Assembly (NCBI RefSeq): GCF_036321535.1
Contig: NC_087437.1
Span: 1,922,001 to 1,986,000 of the forward strand
Source: Camelus dromedarius
Lineage: Eukaryota
DNA length: 64,000 nt
Direction: 5' to 3'
The notes under the pieces were generated by a model. That model was not told the origin of the DNA. It saw nothing but the letters and a program-made list of their open reading frames with translations, and made no database searches. How positions within the stretch are numbered: the stretch's first letter is position 1; each line of letters opens with the position of its first letter. Positions 1 through 12,140 of this stretch are shown here, one piece after another. The translations under genes and the position numbers were made by a program.

Positions 1-50
1 GGCTAAGTTGTTAACTTACAAATAAGCTAAACACTTCACAATTTTTGACA
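1..50 (+). mobile_element. 3' terminus of an LTR (paralog of the LTR end at 4071-4119)
   Basis: ggctaagttgttaacttacaaataagctaaacacttcacaatttttgaca aligns to the end of the 3795-4119 element and ends in ...TTGACA; truncated by the window start. Confidence 0.6.
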
Positions 51-370
51 CCTACACTTTTTTTAGCATATATTTTACTATGTATCACATATATACAACA
101 CATACATAAATGTATATGTAAAAGTGAAATTAATTAGCCCAGCAATTATACTTTGTTCACCAAATATTTATTGTTTCTAGGATAAGGGCAAGCTCAGGAT
201 ACAGTGGTCAGCAAGGGAGACACACGTGGTTCGTGACTTCATGGAACTGACAAATAACGAACACAGAGTTAAGTACCTGACGTTGCCAGACATGATTTAA
301 ATTGTGTTAAAACAATTTTTTAACCCAATTACTCCGCACATTTCTAGTAAATTTGAATCCATCTTTAGAG
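2..370 (+). repeat. Direct repeat copy 1 of an old ~4.07 kb-spaced duplication
   Basis: Colinear with 4071-4444, sharing blocks such as ttgtttctaggataagggcaagctcag, ggttcgtgacttcatggaactgacaaataacgaaca and tttctagtaaatttgaatccatctttagag; roughly 85% identity by eye. Confidence 0.95.
155..252 (-). mobile_element. LINE-2 3' tail fragment
   Basis: ttcaccaaatatttattg...ggatacagtggtcagcaag...agaca...ttcatggaactgaca resembles the antisense L2 3' end (ttcaacaaatatttattgag...gatacagcggtgaacaagacagaca...ctcatggagcttaca). Recognised from memory of the consensus. Confidence 0.6.
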
Positions 371-424
371 TCCAAATTAAAGTGGTTTAACTATTTATAA
401 GTGGGAGGATTTATTTTCTCAAAG

Positions 425-1187
425 CCTAATAAATGTAAATAAGGAGGTGAAAGATCTATACTTGGAATATGGTAAGTTACTGATGAAAGAAACTGAAGAT
501 GATGGAAATAGATGAAAAGATATAGCATTTTCATGGACTGGAAGAATTAATATTTTTAAATGACCATAATATGCAAGACAACCTACAGATTTAATGGAAT
601 ATCTATCAAATTACCAAGAGGAATATTCAGAACAAATAATTGTAAAATTTATATGGAAACAAAAGACCCTCAATAGCCAAAACAATCTTGAGAAAAAGAA
701 GAAAGCTGAGGGTATCATGCACCCTGATTTCAAACTAAATCGCAAAACTATAGTTCTCAAAACAGTATGGCACTGGCACAAAAACAAATGCAGGGATCAA
801 TGGAACAGAACACAGAGCCCAGAAATAAGCTCACACTTACATGGGCTATAAATCTACAACAAGGAGGCAAGAATATACAATGGGGAAAGGATAGCCTCTT
901 CAATAAATGGTGCTTAGTACTTTGGGAAAACTGGACATCCACATGCAATAGAACCAGATTTGATTTTTACACACCATTAAGAAAAATAAAGTAATAATGG
1001 ATAAAAAACTTACATGTAAGACCTGAAACCTTACAACTTCTAGAAGAAAACATAGGCGGTTGCTTTTTTACATTGATCTTAGTAATAATTTTGGATATAT
1101 TTACTTAGGCAAGTGAAACAAAAGTAAAAATTAAAAAATGGGGCTGCATCAAGGCTTTTGCATAACAAAGGAAATTATCAGCAACAA
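425..1187 (+). mobile_element. Decayed LINE-1 ORF2 fragment (region downstream of the RT domain)
   Basis: ORFs 594-851 and 767-994 translate to typical L1 ORF2p motifs ([51 protein letters not shown]) in shifting frames; A-rich sense strand; stops and frameshifts show it is inactive. Confidence 0.95.
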
Positions 1188-1294
1188 TTTCCACTTTCAG
1201 TTTCTTTAAAGTGGATTCTTTGAAAGAACTCTGAATGCAGACAATATTTTGATCCTTACAATTTATCCCAGTTACATAATTTGGTAAATTATTT

Positions 1295-1900
1295 ATCATT
1301 GGCATCTCTTTTCTTCAGCAAATTGAAAATATTATCTCTCTGCATATGGTCTCCGCCACTGTTGATGAGAAACCACCTGTTAATATTATTGAGCGTCCCT
1401 TATATATGATGAGTCGCTTCTCTCTAGTTGCATTAAAGGCTGTTTCTTGACTATTTCTTGCAGAAATCTGAGTTTTCTCTATGTGGAGTTCACTGAACAT
1501 CTTCGATGTGTAGACTAATATTTTTTATTAAATTTGAGAAGTCTTCAGCCATTAGTTTTTCAACTAAATCTTCTTTCCATAAAGGCCTGGAATCAGTAAG
1601 CACCCACAGTCTTTGCTGAGGGGCTCTATTTTGCCATAGAGGCATACCCTCAACTCTGCCTTAGCCTTCCTCTTCTGCCAGTGCAGAGACTTAAGGTCAG
1701 GCAGGGCAGAGAGCACAGGCCCTTCTTACAACATTCTTAGAATGCACAGAGCCAGGGATGAATGCACAGACCTATGCATGTGCATAGACCACTAGTTTCC
1801 CTGGAATCTGATGGAGCTTTTCACACTGTCTTTGGACATCTCATTCCCCAGCTTTTCCTTTGAAGCTTGTTGCATAGATTAAAGATTTATTTGTTATCCA
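1295..1900 (-). mobile_element. Ancient LINE-1 (L1M-type) ORF1 and 5' region fragment, antisense, internally deleted
   Basis: ORF 1315-1500(-) has AFNATREKRLIIYKGRSIILTGGFSS, resembling L1 ORF1p ILKAAREK..ITYKG..IRLTADFS. 1580-1900 (caactctgccttagccttc; ggacatctcattccccagcttttccttt) resembles antisense old L1M 5' sequence. Boundaries approximate. Confidence 0.8.
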
Positions 1901-3529
1901 ATGCTTCAAGCCCCATTTAAAAAAATTCTTTCTGACATACACCCTTGGATTGGTAAAGGGATTTTCACACTGGCACATTCCTAGTTGATAACTTTTGAAA
2001 GAGTAATTGTTATGAAACCTTCATTTTCTTAATAGAAATTTATTTACCCTCATTAACCAAGTAAAAATGTATACTACATTTATCACAATGTCAAGGTGAT
2101 TATAAGACCAAATATATTCCCCCTTGTGGAATCCAATGGAAAAGCAAGTGGTAGATAAATGTTTTTAATTGATTACTGGAAGAGGGCAGGTATTCGGATA
2201 GTTAAAACATAGAATGTGAGGTTTGAGCATAAAATAGTGGATTGATGCATGACTGAAAGATGGAATGTATATATACATTATATCATTACATAAAAGAAGA
2301 TAATTTATTACATATTAGTTTTAATTAAGATAAATGGATATCTAAATATTATCATACAAATTAAGATTTACTTACAGTAATATAAAAATTATAAGCTAAT
2401 AGGCTAAACCATCAGCTTTGCCTTTATAAATGAAGAAGACTGTTTTCTACTTATGATTGTGACTGGACTTAACTGTCCTTTTAAACCTGAAGGAGATTTA
2501 TTTCAATCAGTTATTTACCGTTATAACAGGAAAAACCATATTCATCATACACAACATAGAGAACAACTGATTTTAAATGGTCAATTAAAAGTAAAATGTA
2601 TTCTGATAATGGCATTTGTCAGTTTGTTGTGTCTACTTGAAAGTAACAATCGATCATTTACTAATAACATGAAATAAAGATATGTATGTAATTTCTACTG
2701 TTTTAGCTTGTAATACTATTTTTATACTTATTTGCTTTTTAGTTGATTTTGAAGAAGGAAAAGAAATGCTTTTATACATCATCAACTAATAGAAATCATA
2801 CAAAAAAAACACCTTAAAATATTGGAACCATTTGAGAAACTACAAATATTCAAATACAGGAAATCATGATATTATAACATCTTAATATGATGTTCTCTTG
2901 GGAAACATAGTTAACCAACCCTTATTACTGTACAGGAAATATTGCAGCATAAATTTGTAATACATTGTGGTGAAGGCTTACAGCTGCAGATTTTTCACCT
3001 GCAATGCCCCACTGTTATTGTGGCTTACTGCATTGCATCAAGACAGCCTTCCTGTCTGGAAGACCCTCTAAGTACAAACAAGTCTCTAAGTCCAGATTTT
3101 ATTTTCCCTTGGTAACAGACTATGGTAATTTAAGAGTCCTGAAAAATACTTTTTTAGCATTCAAAAGGAAATGTATAACATTCTTTTATAAGGATCTATG
3201 TTTGAGTTGGTTTTTCAAAAAACTTAATATATGACCCAGTTTTTTAATACATTTATCAAGCTATGAAATTTCAGGCAAATGCAGGTGTGTAATATGATGT
3301 CTTTCAAGATAATATTTCCCATAAAGACAAATAATATAAATATATAAAGAACTTCTGAGTCAAAAAAAACTTACAGCAGGGGGGAACTGTTCTATTTAAT
3401 GATTTCTTTTAATGAGAATACAAACACTAAATTCAATAGGGTGCTCCAGTCTCAGCTCTAAATATTCAAGTACTTTACTAATCTGTATGGAATAGTCAGA
3501 TGTACACGGTACACTGTAAACAAAGCTTA

Positions 3530-3678
3530 CTAGGAATCAGGGAAGCTTAACTCTAATGTCAACTTAGTTGCACACTAGTTCTTAACCTTGAGTTGAAATC
3601 AAAGACCCAAATTCAGCCTCAATATTCCTACCTATAAAAGCAGTCAGATGATGGAATAAGACAGCTCCAGTTCTTTAA
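3530..3678 (+). mobile_element. Highly decayed MIR-like SINE fragment
   Basis: ctaggaatcagg...actagttcttaaccttgag...gcctcaatattcctacctataaaa...agatgat...tccagttct follows the order of MIR core and tail motifs; weak match. Confidence 0.45.
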
Positions 3679-3695
3679 AACTTTAAAGTGATAAA

Positions 3696-3791
3696 GATAG
3701 ATATATATATATATTATATATATAATGTATATACACAAACACATATATATATTATATATAAATATACACACAACAACACACATGCATATAT
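3696..3791. repeat. Interrupted (TA)n/(CA)n low-complexity microsatellite
   Basis: gatagatatatatatatattatatatataatgtatatacacaaacacatatatatattatatata... Confidence 0.85.
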
Positions 3792-3794
3792 CAG

Positions 3795-4119
3795 CTAAGG
3801 AAGACACAGATACTGTCTCAGTACAAACAAAGGGGCAGGCAGGTTTACCACCCTTTCAAAAGATTCAGGTTCCCCAAGATTGAGGTTCTTTCTTAGAATG
3901 TAACTCACTGGGTGTTTAAGTGTCACCTGGCTCTCTTCCTGTTACTCGAAGGGAACTGAGGCTTTAGGAACTGGCACATGTGCAGACACTCTGTTGTCGG
4001 TAATACTCTGTCTTTCATCTCTGATCCAGCATGCCGCTATTTCCTACTAGCGTCTATGAGACTGTGACAAGCTAAGTTGTTAACTTGCAGATGGGATAAA
4101 CACTTCTCAACTTTTGACA
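3795..4119 (+). mobile_element. 3' part of an old ERV LTR (MER-type, probably ERVL class; family uncertain)
   Basis: aaaagattcaggttccc...gtcacctggc...gggaactgaggc...tctctgatccag...ctgtgacaagctaagttgttaacttgcag...cttttgaca resembles the U3/R/U5 end of old eutherian MER LTRs ending in TTGACA. The 5' boundary is unclear. Confidence 0.65.
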
Positions 4120-4444
4120 AGTACACATTATTTAGCATATATTTTTCTATGTATCACATATACACTACACATACATAAATGTATATGAAAAAGTGAGTTT
4201 AATTAGCCTACCAATTATAATTTATTTCTTCACCAAATATATATTGTTTCTAGGATAAGGGCAAGCTCAGTATACAGCGGTCAGCAAGAGAGACATACAT
4301 GGTTCGTGACTTCATGGAACTGACAAATAACGAACAGGGAGTTAAGTACCTGACGTTGCCAGACACGATTTATATTGTGTAAAAACAATTTCTTTCATGC
4401 AATTACTCCGTAATTTTCTAGTAAATTTGAATCCATCTTTAGAG
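4071..4444 (+). repeat. Direct repeat copy 2 (LTR end, spacer, L2 tail at ~4228-4325), truncated by the macrosatellite
   Basis: Aligns to 2-370; homology stops after atccatctttagag (4444), where array sequence takes over. Confidence 0.95.
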
Positions 4445-7400
4445 CCAGGTCCTGGGAAGCTGTCCAGGTGAGCCCAAGGGACAAGGACGTCGCGGGGAGA
4501 GGACTGCCTCAGGTGAGCTGATCAGTTTGCTCCCATGTCCACAAGCGCCTGGCCTGGGGGCGGCCTCTCTTACCCCAGGTTCAGAGTATGCAAGTTTCCA
4601 GCTCAGCCAGCCCACCCGAGGCCGGCGCGGTGTGATCAGGGTCTGCATTGAGAAGTCGGGGCTGACTCACCGAGCCCGTGTATTTGTTAAGATCTCCCCC
4701 TTGGCTGGTCCTGGGGTTGGCCTTGGCTACCCTAGGTACACGAAGTGCTCATCTCTGTGTTTTCTGGCTCCCAGGAGGCGAGTGTGGGGTGGTCAGGGGG
4801 CGGGGAGTGGGCGGGGCTGGGGCGGGTCGGAGGCAGCTACAGAGAGGGCAGAAGCGGGAGGCAGGGGCTGCCCAGACAAGCCTGTTGGTTTCCATCCAGC
4901 GTCCCACTCGGCGTGCAATGAGGGCGCCCTCTGCTGCTTCAGTGTGGCAATTGGCATCCCTCCAGGTGGGTCGAATCCTGGGAGGCTTCCTCCATTATAC
5001 AGACAGAGAGACAAATAAATACACAGACACAGTAGCCTCTACATCCATTGAGAAACAGCCATATATCATAACCACCTCCTCCTCATTCATTATATAGCTA
5101 GACAGATATGTACATAGACAGACAGACACACACACACACACACAGTAGCCTCCTCCTACTCCTCAATTAAGTAGGTAGAGAGACACACTAATCTCCTCCT
5201 CCATTAGATAATAGATAGACAAACTTAATACATTCTTTCTCCTCCTCCATTAGATAGATGGAAAGTGAGATTGACCGATACACCCAGTAGCCGCTACCTT
5301 CTCCTGTTAGAGATACTGAGAGATAGCCAGACACATGGAAATACTTCTTCTCCATTAGATATAGACAGAGACAGACTCACAGACACAGAGACAGACAGAC
5401 ACAACTCTTCTGCTCTGACAGACAGAGAGTTAGACACAATAGCCTCCTCCTTCTTCTTGAATAGATACAGGTGCATAGATAGATATCTCATTTATAGACA
5501 GACACAGAGACATACTAGCTTACTCCTCCTACATTAGATGCACACATAGACTGATAGACAGACACAGTAGCCTCTTCCCACTTTAGTTACAGATACTTTG
5601 ATAGACAGACCCGCACGAACACACACACACACACATACACACACTCTAGCCTACTCCTCTTCCTCAAATAGGTAGATAGGTAGATAGACACACTAACCAC
5701 CTCCTCCAACAGACAGACAAATAAAAAGACACATTTGCCTACTGCTATGCCTGCACTTATTAGGTAGGTTGTTAGATAGTTAGATAGATACATAGATAGA
5801 TACATAGATAGATTGATAGATAGATAGGCAGGGAAATAAACATAATTGTCGCCTCCTCCTCCTTTAGATATATAGATAGAAACACACATAGACTAGCTTC
5901 ACCCATCCTCCAATAGATAGGCAGTCAGCCAGGCAGTCAGTCAGACACACACAATTGATGTGGGGTGTAGACTTGTGACAGGGTTCAGTGGAGGTGATCA
6001 GGGACAGGAGTGCCACTGGCAAGCCATAGGATTTCATAACATGTCCTTAGCTGCCTTGCATGGGGGCAGTCTCCGCTCCAACAAATTCGACGGACTGAAG
6101 ATTTGAAGTTAGCCTGCTCTTGGGAGCAGGCGTGGTAAGGAAAGGGGACGAGGTCAGTGGCAGATACGGAGGCGGCACAGCAGCGAAGGGGGATGCCGCG
6201 GCGAATCGGTCATTTTCATCCCATCTCCAATTCTTCTGGCCTCGGGGCAGCCTCTGCTAACCCAGGTGTGCGGGATTTATTTCCTCTTGTCAGCCAGGTC
6301 CTGGGAGGCTGTGGAGGTGAACACAGCGGAAAGGGACGTGGAGGGGAACGGAATGCCACGGGTGAGCCGATCAGTTTGGTACCTTCTCCAGAAGGGCCGG
6401 GACTTGCGGCGGCCTATCCTGCACCAGGTTCACAGTATGCATGTTTCCAGGACAGCCGGCGACCCGGAGGCAGGGGCAGTGTGATCAGGGGCTGATTTGA
6501 GGAGGAAAAGTTGCCCTACGATCCGAAGTATGTGCTCAGATCTCCCTTTTGGCCGGTCCTAGAGTTGGCCTGTGCTACCCTAGATAGATGAGGTGCACAA
6601 CTCTGTGTTTTCCTGCTCCCGGGAGGCGAGCACGGGGTGGTCAGGGGGCGGGGAGGGGGCAGCTACAGAGAGGGAGGAAGAGGGAGGCAAGGGCTGTACA
6701 GGGAAGCCTGTGGATTTCCATCCAGTGTACCCCTCGGCGTGCAATGAGGGCACCCTCTGATGCTTCAGGGTGGGAATTGTCATCCTTATAGCTGGGCCTA
6801 ATAGTGGGAGGCTTCCTCAATTACAGAGAAAGACAAATAAATAGACAGACACACTACACACTTCTTCAATTTAGAAACACCCATATATCTTAGCATTCTC
6901 CTCCTCATCCATTATATAGGTAGACAGATACATATATTGAGAGACAGACACACACACACACACACACACACACAAAACCACACACAACCTTGCCTTCTAC
7001 CAAACATCAATTAAGTAGGTAGAGAGACACACTAATTGCCTTCACCATTAGATAATAAATAGACAAACGGAATAGACTCTTTCTACTCCTCCTTTAGATA
7101 GGTGGAAAGTGAGAATGACGGATTCACACACTAGCCTCTAACTTCTCCTGTTAGAGAGACAAACAGATAGCCAGACACATGGAAATCTTCCATCTTCTCC
7201 ATTAGGTATACATAGAGAAAACTCCAAGACACACAGAGAGACAAACACTAGTCTCCTCCTCTGACACACAGAGGGATAGATAATCTTCCCTCCTCATTTT
7301 TTTTTATTAGGTATAGGTACATACATACATATCTGATAACAGACAGCCAGACAGACATACTAGCCTACTCTTCCTCCATCAGATACATGCATAGACTGAT

Positions 7401-7464
7401 AGACAGATACAGTAGCCTCCTCCCCCTTTAGATACAGATACCTAAATAGACAGATCCCCAAAAG

Positions 7465-7507
<43 letters not shown>

Positions 7508-7781
7508 GCCTTCTCCTCTTCCTCAAAGAGCTAGATAGTTATATAGACACACTAAAATTCTTCTCCAAAAGACAGAAAAATAAATGACATACTAGCTTAC
7601 TGCTATGCCTCCCCACATAGATAGAGAGCTAGCCAGATCGATAGAGAGGCACGCAATTAGAGAGACATAATAGTCGCCTCCTCCTCCGTTGGAGAAACAG
7701 ACAGACACACACATTGACTAGCTTCAACCATCCTCCAATAGATAGTCAGTCAGGCAAGCAGTCAAAAAGACAGACACACTA
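4443..7781 (+). repeat. Degenerate, 5'-truncated edge unit (A' 4443-5956, B' 5957-7781)
   Basis: Begins at agccaggtcctggg, homologous to 11788 (~335 bp into monomer A). Colinear with later units but with many substitutions, including CpG loss. Confidence 0.92.
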
Positions 7782-9253
7782 GAGGCGGGGTGCCGTCTGG
7801 CTACGAGGTTCGGCAGCGGGGCCCGGAGAAGACGGTGCCCCTGGTGAACCAGAGGATTTTCTCCCATGTCCCTAGCTGCCTTGCCTCTGGGTGGAATCCG
7901 CTAACCCAAGTTCGCCGGACGCAAGCCTTTGAAGTCAGCCTGCTCCTGGGAGCCGGCAAGGGAACGACAGGGGAAGTGGTCACCGGCAGATATGGAGGCG
8001 GCCCAGAACGCAAGAGGGATGCCTCGGCGAGTCGGTCATTTTCCTACCGTCCTCCCTCTCCTGGCCTCGGGGCGGCCTCTGCTAAATCAGGTGTGCGGCA
8101 ATTAATTCTCCTTGTCAGCCAGGTCCTGGGAGTCTGTCCAGGTGAGCCCAAGGGACACGGACGTCGCGGGGAGCGGACTGCCTCTGGTGAGCCGATCAGT
8201 TGGCCCCCATCTCCACAAGCGCATGGCCTAAGGGTGGCCTCTCCTGCGCCAGGTTCAGAGTATGCAAGTTTCCAGATCAGCCAGCCCACCCGAGGCCGCC
8301 GCGGTGTGATCAGGGTCTGCATTGAGAAGTCGGGGCTGACTCACCGAGCCCGTGTATTTGTTCAGATCTCCCTCTTGGCTGGTCCTGGGCTAGGCCTCTA
8401 CTACCCTAGGTCCACGAGGTGCTCATCTCTGTGTTTTTCAGCTCCGGGGAAGCGAGTGCGGGGTGGTCAGGGGCCGGTGAGGGGGCGGGTCGGGGGCGGG
8501 GCGGGGGCAGCTACAGAGAAGGCTGAAGCGGGATGCACTGGCTGCCCAGGCAAGCCTGCGGATTTCCATCCAGTGTCCCCCTCGGCCTGCAATGCGGGCG
8601 CCCTCTGCTGCTTCAGGGTGGCAATTGGCATCCCTCCAGGTGGGTCGAGTACTGGGAGGCTTCCTCCTTTAGACAGACAGAGAGACAAATAAAGAGACAG
8701 ACAGACACACTAGCCTCTTCATCCATTGAGAAACAGCCGTATATCCTAATCTCCTCCTCCTCATTCATTATATAGGTAGACAGATACATATATAGACAGA
8801 CACACACACACACATACACACACTAGCCTTTTCCTACTCCTCAATTAAGTAGGGAGAGAGACACACTAATCTCCTCCTCCATTAGATAGATGGAAAGTGA
8901 GATTGACCGATACACCCAGTAGCCGCTACCTTCTCCTGTTAGAGATACCGAGAGATAGCCAGACACATGGGATTATTTCTTCTTCTCCATTTGATATAGA
9001 TAGAGACACACTCACAGACACACAGACAGACAGACACACTACTCTTCTCCTGCTCTGACAGACAGAGAGATAGACACTCTAGCCTCCTCCTTCTTCTCGA
9101 ATACATACAGCTGCATAGATAGATATCTCATATATAGACAGACAGACTTACTAGCTTACTCCTCGTCCATTCGATGCACACATAGACTGTTAGACAGACA
9201 CAGTAGCCTCTTCCCCTCTTTGTTACACATACTTTGATAAAGAGACCCGCACG

Positions 9254-9284
<31 letters not shown>

Positions 9285-11130
9285 ACAGGCTAGCATCCTC
9301 CTCTTCCTCAAATAGGTAGATAGGGAGATAGAAACACTAAATTCCTCCTCCAACAGACACACAAATAAAAAGAAACACTTGCCTACTGCTGTGCCTGCAC
9401 TACATAGGTCGATTTGTACACAGATTGATAGATACGCAGATAGAGAGATAGATAGATAGATAGAGAGGCAGGCAAATGGAGAGACATAATATTCGCCTCC
9501 TCCTCCAGTAGCTATATAGACAGACACACACATAGTCTAGCCTCTCGCATCCTCCAATAGATAGACAATCAGCCAGGCAGTCAAACAGTCTGACACACGT
9601 GAGGCGGTGTGCAGTCTGGGGTTGGGCTTCAGCAGCGGTGACCGGGGACAGGTGTGCCACTGGCGAGCCATAGGACTTTATCCCATGTCCCTAGCTGCCT
9701 TGCCTGGGGGCGGCCCCCGCTCCCCCAAATTCGACGGACTGAAGCTTTCAAGTTAGCCTGCTCGTGGCAGCAGGCGTTGTAAGGAAAGTGGAAGAGGTGA
9801 GTGGCAGCTCCGGAAGCGGCAGAGCATCTAAGGGGGATGCCTCGGCGAATCGGTCATTTTCCTCCCATTTCCCCCTCTCCTGGCATCGGGGCAGCCTCTG
9901 CTACCCCAGGAGTGCGGGATTTCGTTGTCCTTGTCAGCCAGGTCCTAGGAAGCTGTCGAGGTGTGCTCAGGGGACAGGGATGTCGCTTCTAGAGGACTGC
10001 CTCGGGTGAGCCGATCAGTTTGCTCCCATCTCCACAAGCGCCTGGCCTGGGGGCGGCCTCTCCTTCCCCAGGTTCCCAGTATGCATGTTTCCAGCTCAGC
10101 CTGTGCCCTTAGGCAGGCGCGGTGTTCTTAGGGGCTGCATTGAGGAGGCGGGGCTGCTCCACCGAGCCCGTGTATTTGCACAGATCTCCCCGTTGACCGG
10201 TCCTAGGGTTGGTCTCTGCTACCCTAGGTACACGATGTACACATCTCGGTGTTTTCCGGCTCCCGGGAGGCAAGTGCGGGGTGGTCAGGGGGCGGGGTGG
10301 GGGGTTGGAGTGGCGGTGGCGCCTACACAGAGGGAAGAAGAGGGATGCACGGGCTGTCCAGGGAAGCCTTTGGATTTCCATCCAGTGTCCCCCTCGGCGT
10401 GCAAGGAGGGCACCCTCTGCTGCTTCAGGGTGGGAATTGGCATCCCTCCAGCTGGGCCTAATAAAGGGAGGCTTCCTCCATTAGAGAGAGAGACAAAAAA
10501 TAGACAGACAGACACACTAGCCTCTTCCTCCATTTAGAAACACCCATATGTCTTAACCTTCTCCTCCTAATCCATTATATAGGTAGACAGATACATACAT
10601 AGACAGACAGACAGACAGACACACACACACACACAAACCCAAGCCCACACACAAACTTCCCTCCTACCAGTCCTCAATTAAGTAGGTAGAGAGACACACT
10701 AATCGCCTTCTCCATTAGATAATAAACAGACAAACGGTATAGACTATTTCTACTCCTCATTTAGATAGATGGAATGTGAGACTGACGCATTCACACACTA
10801 GCCTCTACCTTCTCCTGTTAGAGAGACAGACAGATAGCCAGACACATGAAATCCTCCATCTTCTCCATTAGATATACGTAGAGAAATCTCTAAGATGCAC
10901 AGAGAGACAAACACTAGTCTTCTCCTCCTCTGACAGACCGAGGGATAGATAATCAAGCCTCCTCATTCTTTTCCATTAGGTATAGTTACATACATACATA
11001 TCTGATAACAGACAGCCAGACAGACATACTAGCCTACTCTTCCTCCTTCAGATACATACATAGACTGATAGACAGATACAGTAGGCTCCTCCCCCTTTAG
11101 ATACAGATACATAGATAGACATCCCCACGA

Positions 11131-11131
11131 G

Positions 11132-11175
<44 letters not shown>
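11131..11175. repeat. (CG)4(CA)n alternating purine-pyrimidine tract in monomer B
   Basis: gcacacgcgcgcgc(ac)n, 45 bp in this copy; CA number varies between units. Confidence 0.9.
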
Positions 11176-11178
<3 letters not shown>

Positions 11179-12140
11179 GCCTTCTCCTCTTCCTCAAAGA
11201 GCTAGATAGTTATATAGACACACTAAAATTCTACTCCAACAGACAGAATTATAAATGACACACTATCTTACTGCTATGCCTCCCCACATAGATAGATAGC
11301 TAGCCAGATCGATAGAGAGGCAGGCAAATAGAGAGTCATACTAGTCGCCTCCTCCTCCGTTGGAGAGACAGACAGACACACACATAGTCTAGCTTCAACC
11401 ATCCTCCAATAGATAGTCATTCAGGCAAGCAGTCAAACAGACAGACACACTAGAGGCGGGGTGCCGTCTGGCTACGTGGTTCGGCGGCGGGGCCCGGGGA
11501 AGAGGGTGCCCCTGGTGAACCAGAGGATTTTCTCCCATGTCCCTAGCTGCCTTGCCTCTGGGCGGCCTCCGCTAACCCAAGTTCGCCGGACGCAAGCCTT
11601 TGAAGTCAGCCTGCTCCTGGGAGCCGGCGAGGTAAGGACAGGGGAAGTGGTCAGCGGCAGACACGGAGGCGGCCCAGAACGCAAGAGGGATGCCTCGGCG
11701 AGTCGGTCATTTTCCTACCATCCCCCCTCTCCTGGCCTCGGGGCGGCCTCTGCTACCGCAGGTGTGCGGCAATTAATTCTCCTTGTCAGCCAGGTCCTGG
11801 GAGTCTGTCCAGGTGAGCCCAAGGGACACGGACGTCGCGGGGAGCGGACTGCCTCGGGTTAGCCGATCAGTTTGCTCCCATCCCCACAAGCGCCTGGCCT
11901 GGGGGCGGCCTGTCCTGCGCCAGGTTCAGAGTATGCACGTTTCCAGCTCAGCCAGCCCACCCGAGGCCGGCGCGCTGTGATCAGGGTCTGCAATGAGAAG
12001 TCGGGGCTGACTCACCGAGCCCGTGTATTTGTTCAGATCTCCCTCTTGGCTGGTCCTGGGCTAGGCCTCTACTACCCTAGGTCCACGAGGTGCTCATCTC
12101 TGTGTTTTTCAGCTCCGGGGAAGCGAGTGCGGGGTGGTCA

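Noticed and set aside
2453..3234. Short ORFs and an acceptor-like tttgctttttag near 2742 suggesting a relic exon
   Set aside because: Frames close quickly and give no recognisable protein; AT-rich sequence.
1..4119. Provirus bounded by two LTRs
   Set aside because: Similarity continues ~320 bp past the LTR end in both copies, and the interior is L1/L2/MIR sequence, not gag-pol.
7790..8692. 300 aa ORF spanning the GC half of unit 1 (split into 133 aa + 163 aa in later units)
   Set aside because: GTG start and no recognisable domain (no homeobox as in D4Z4/DUX4). It has a TAG stop in all other units, frameshifting indels in units 3, 5, 7 and 12, and a broken frame in monomer B. Best explained by stop-codon scarcity in GC-rich DNA.
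8613..9660. Minus-strand ORFs rich in S/L/Y/V/C repeated in every unit
   Set aside because: Translations of GATA/GACA/CA microsatellites; frames change with repeat length.
11354..11370. CENP-B box-like ctccgttggagagacag
   Set aside because: Lacks the essential TTCG and CGGG positions; none of the TTCG/CGAA sites I checked fits NTTCGNNNNANNCGGGN.
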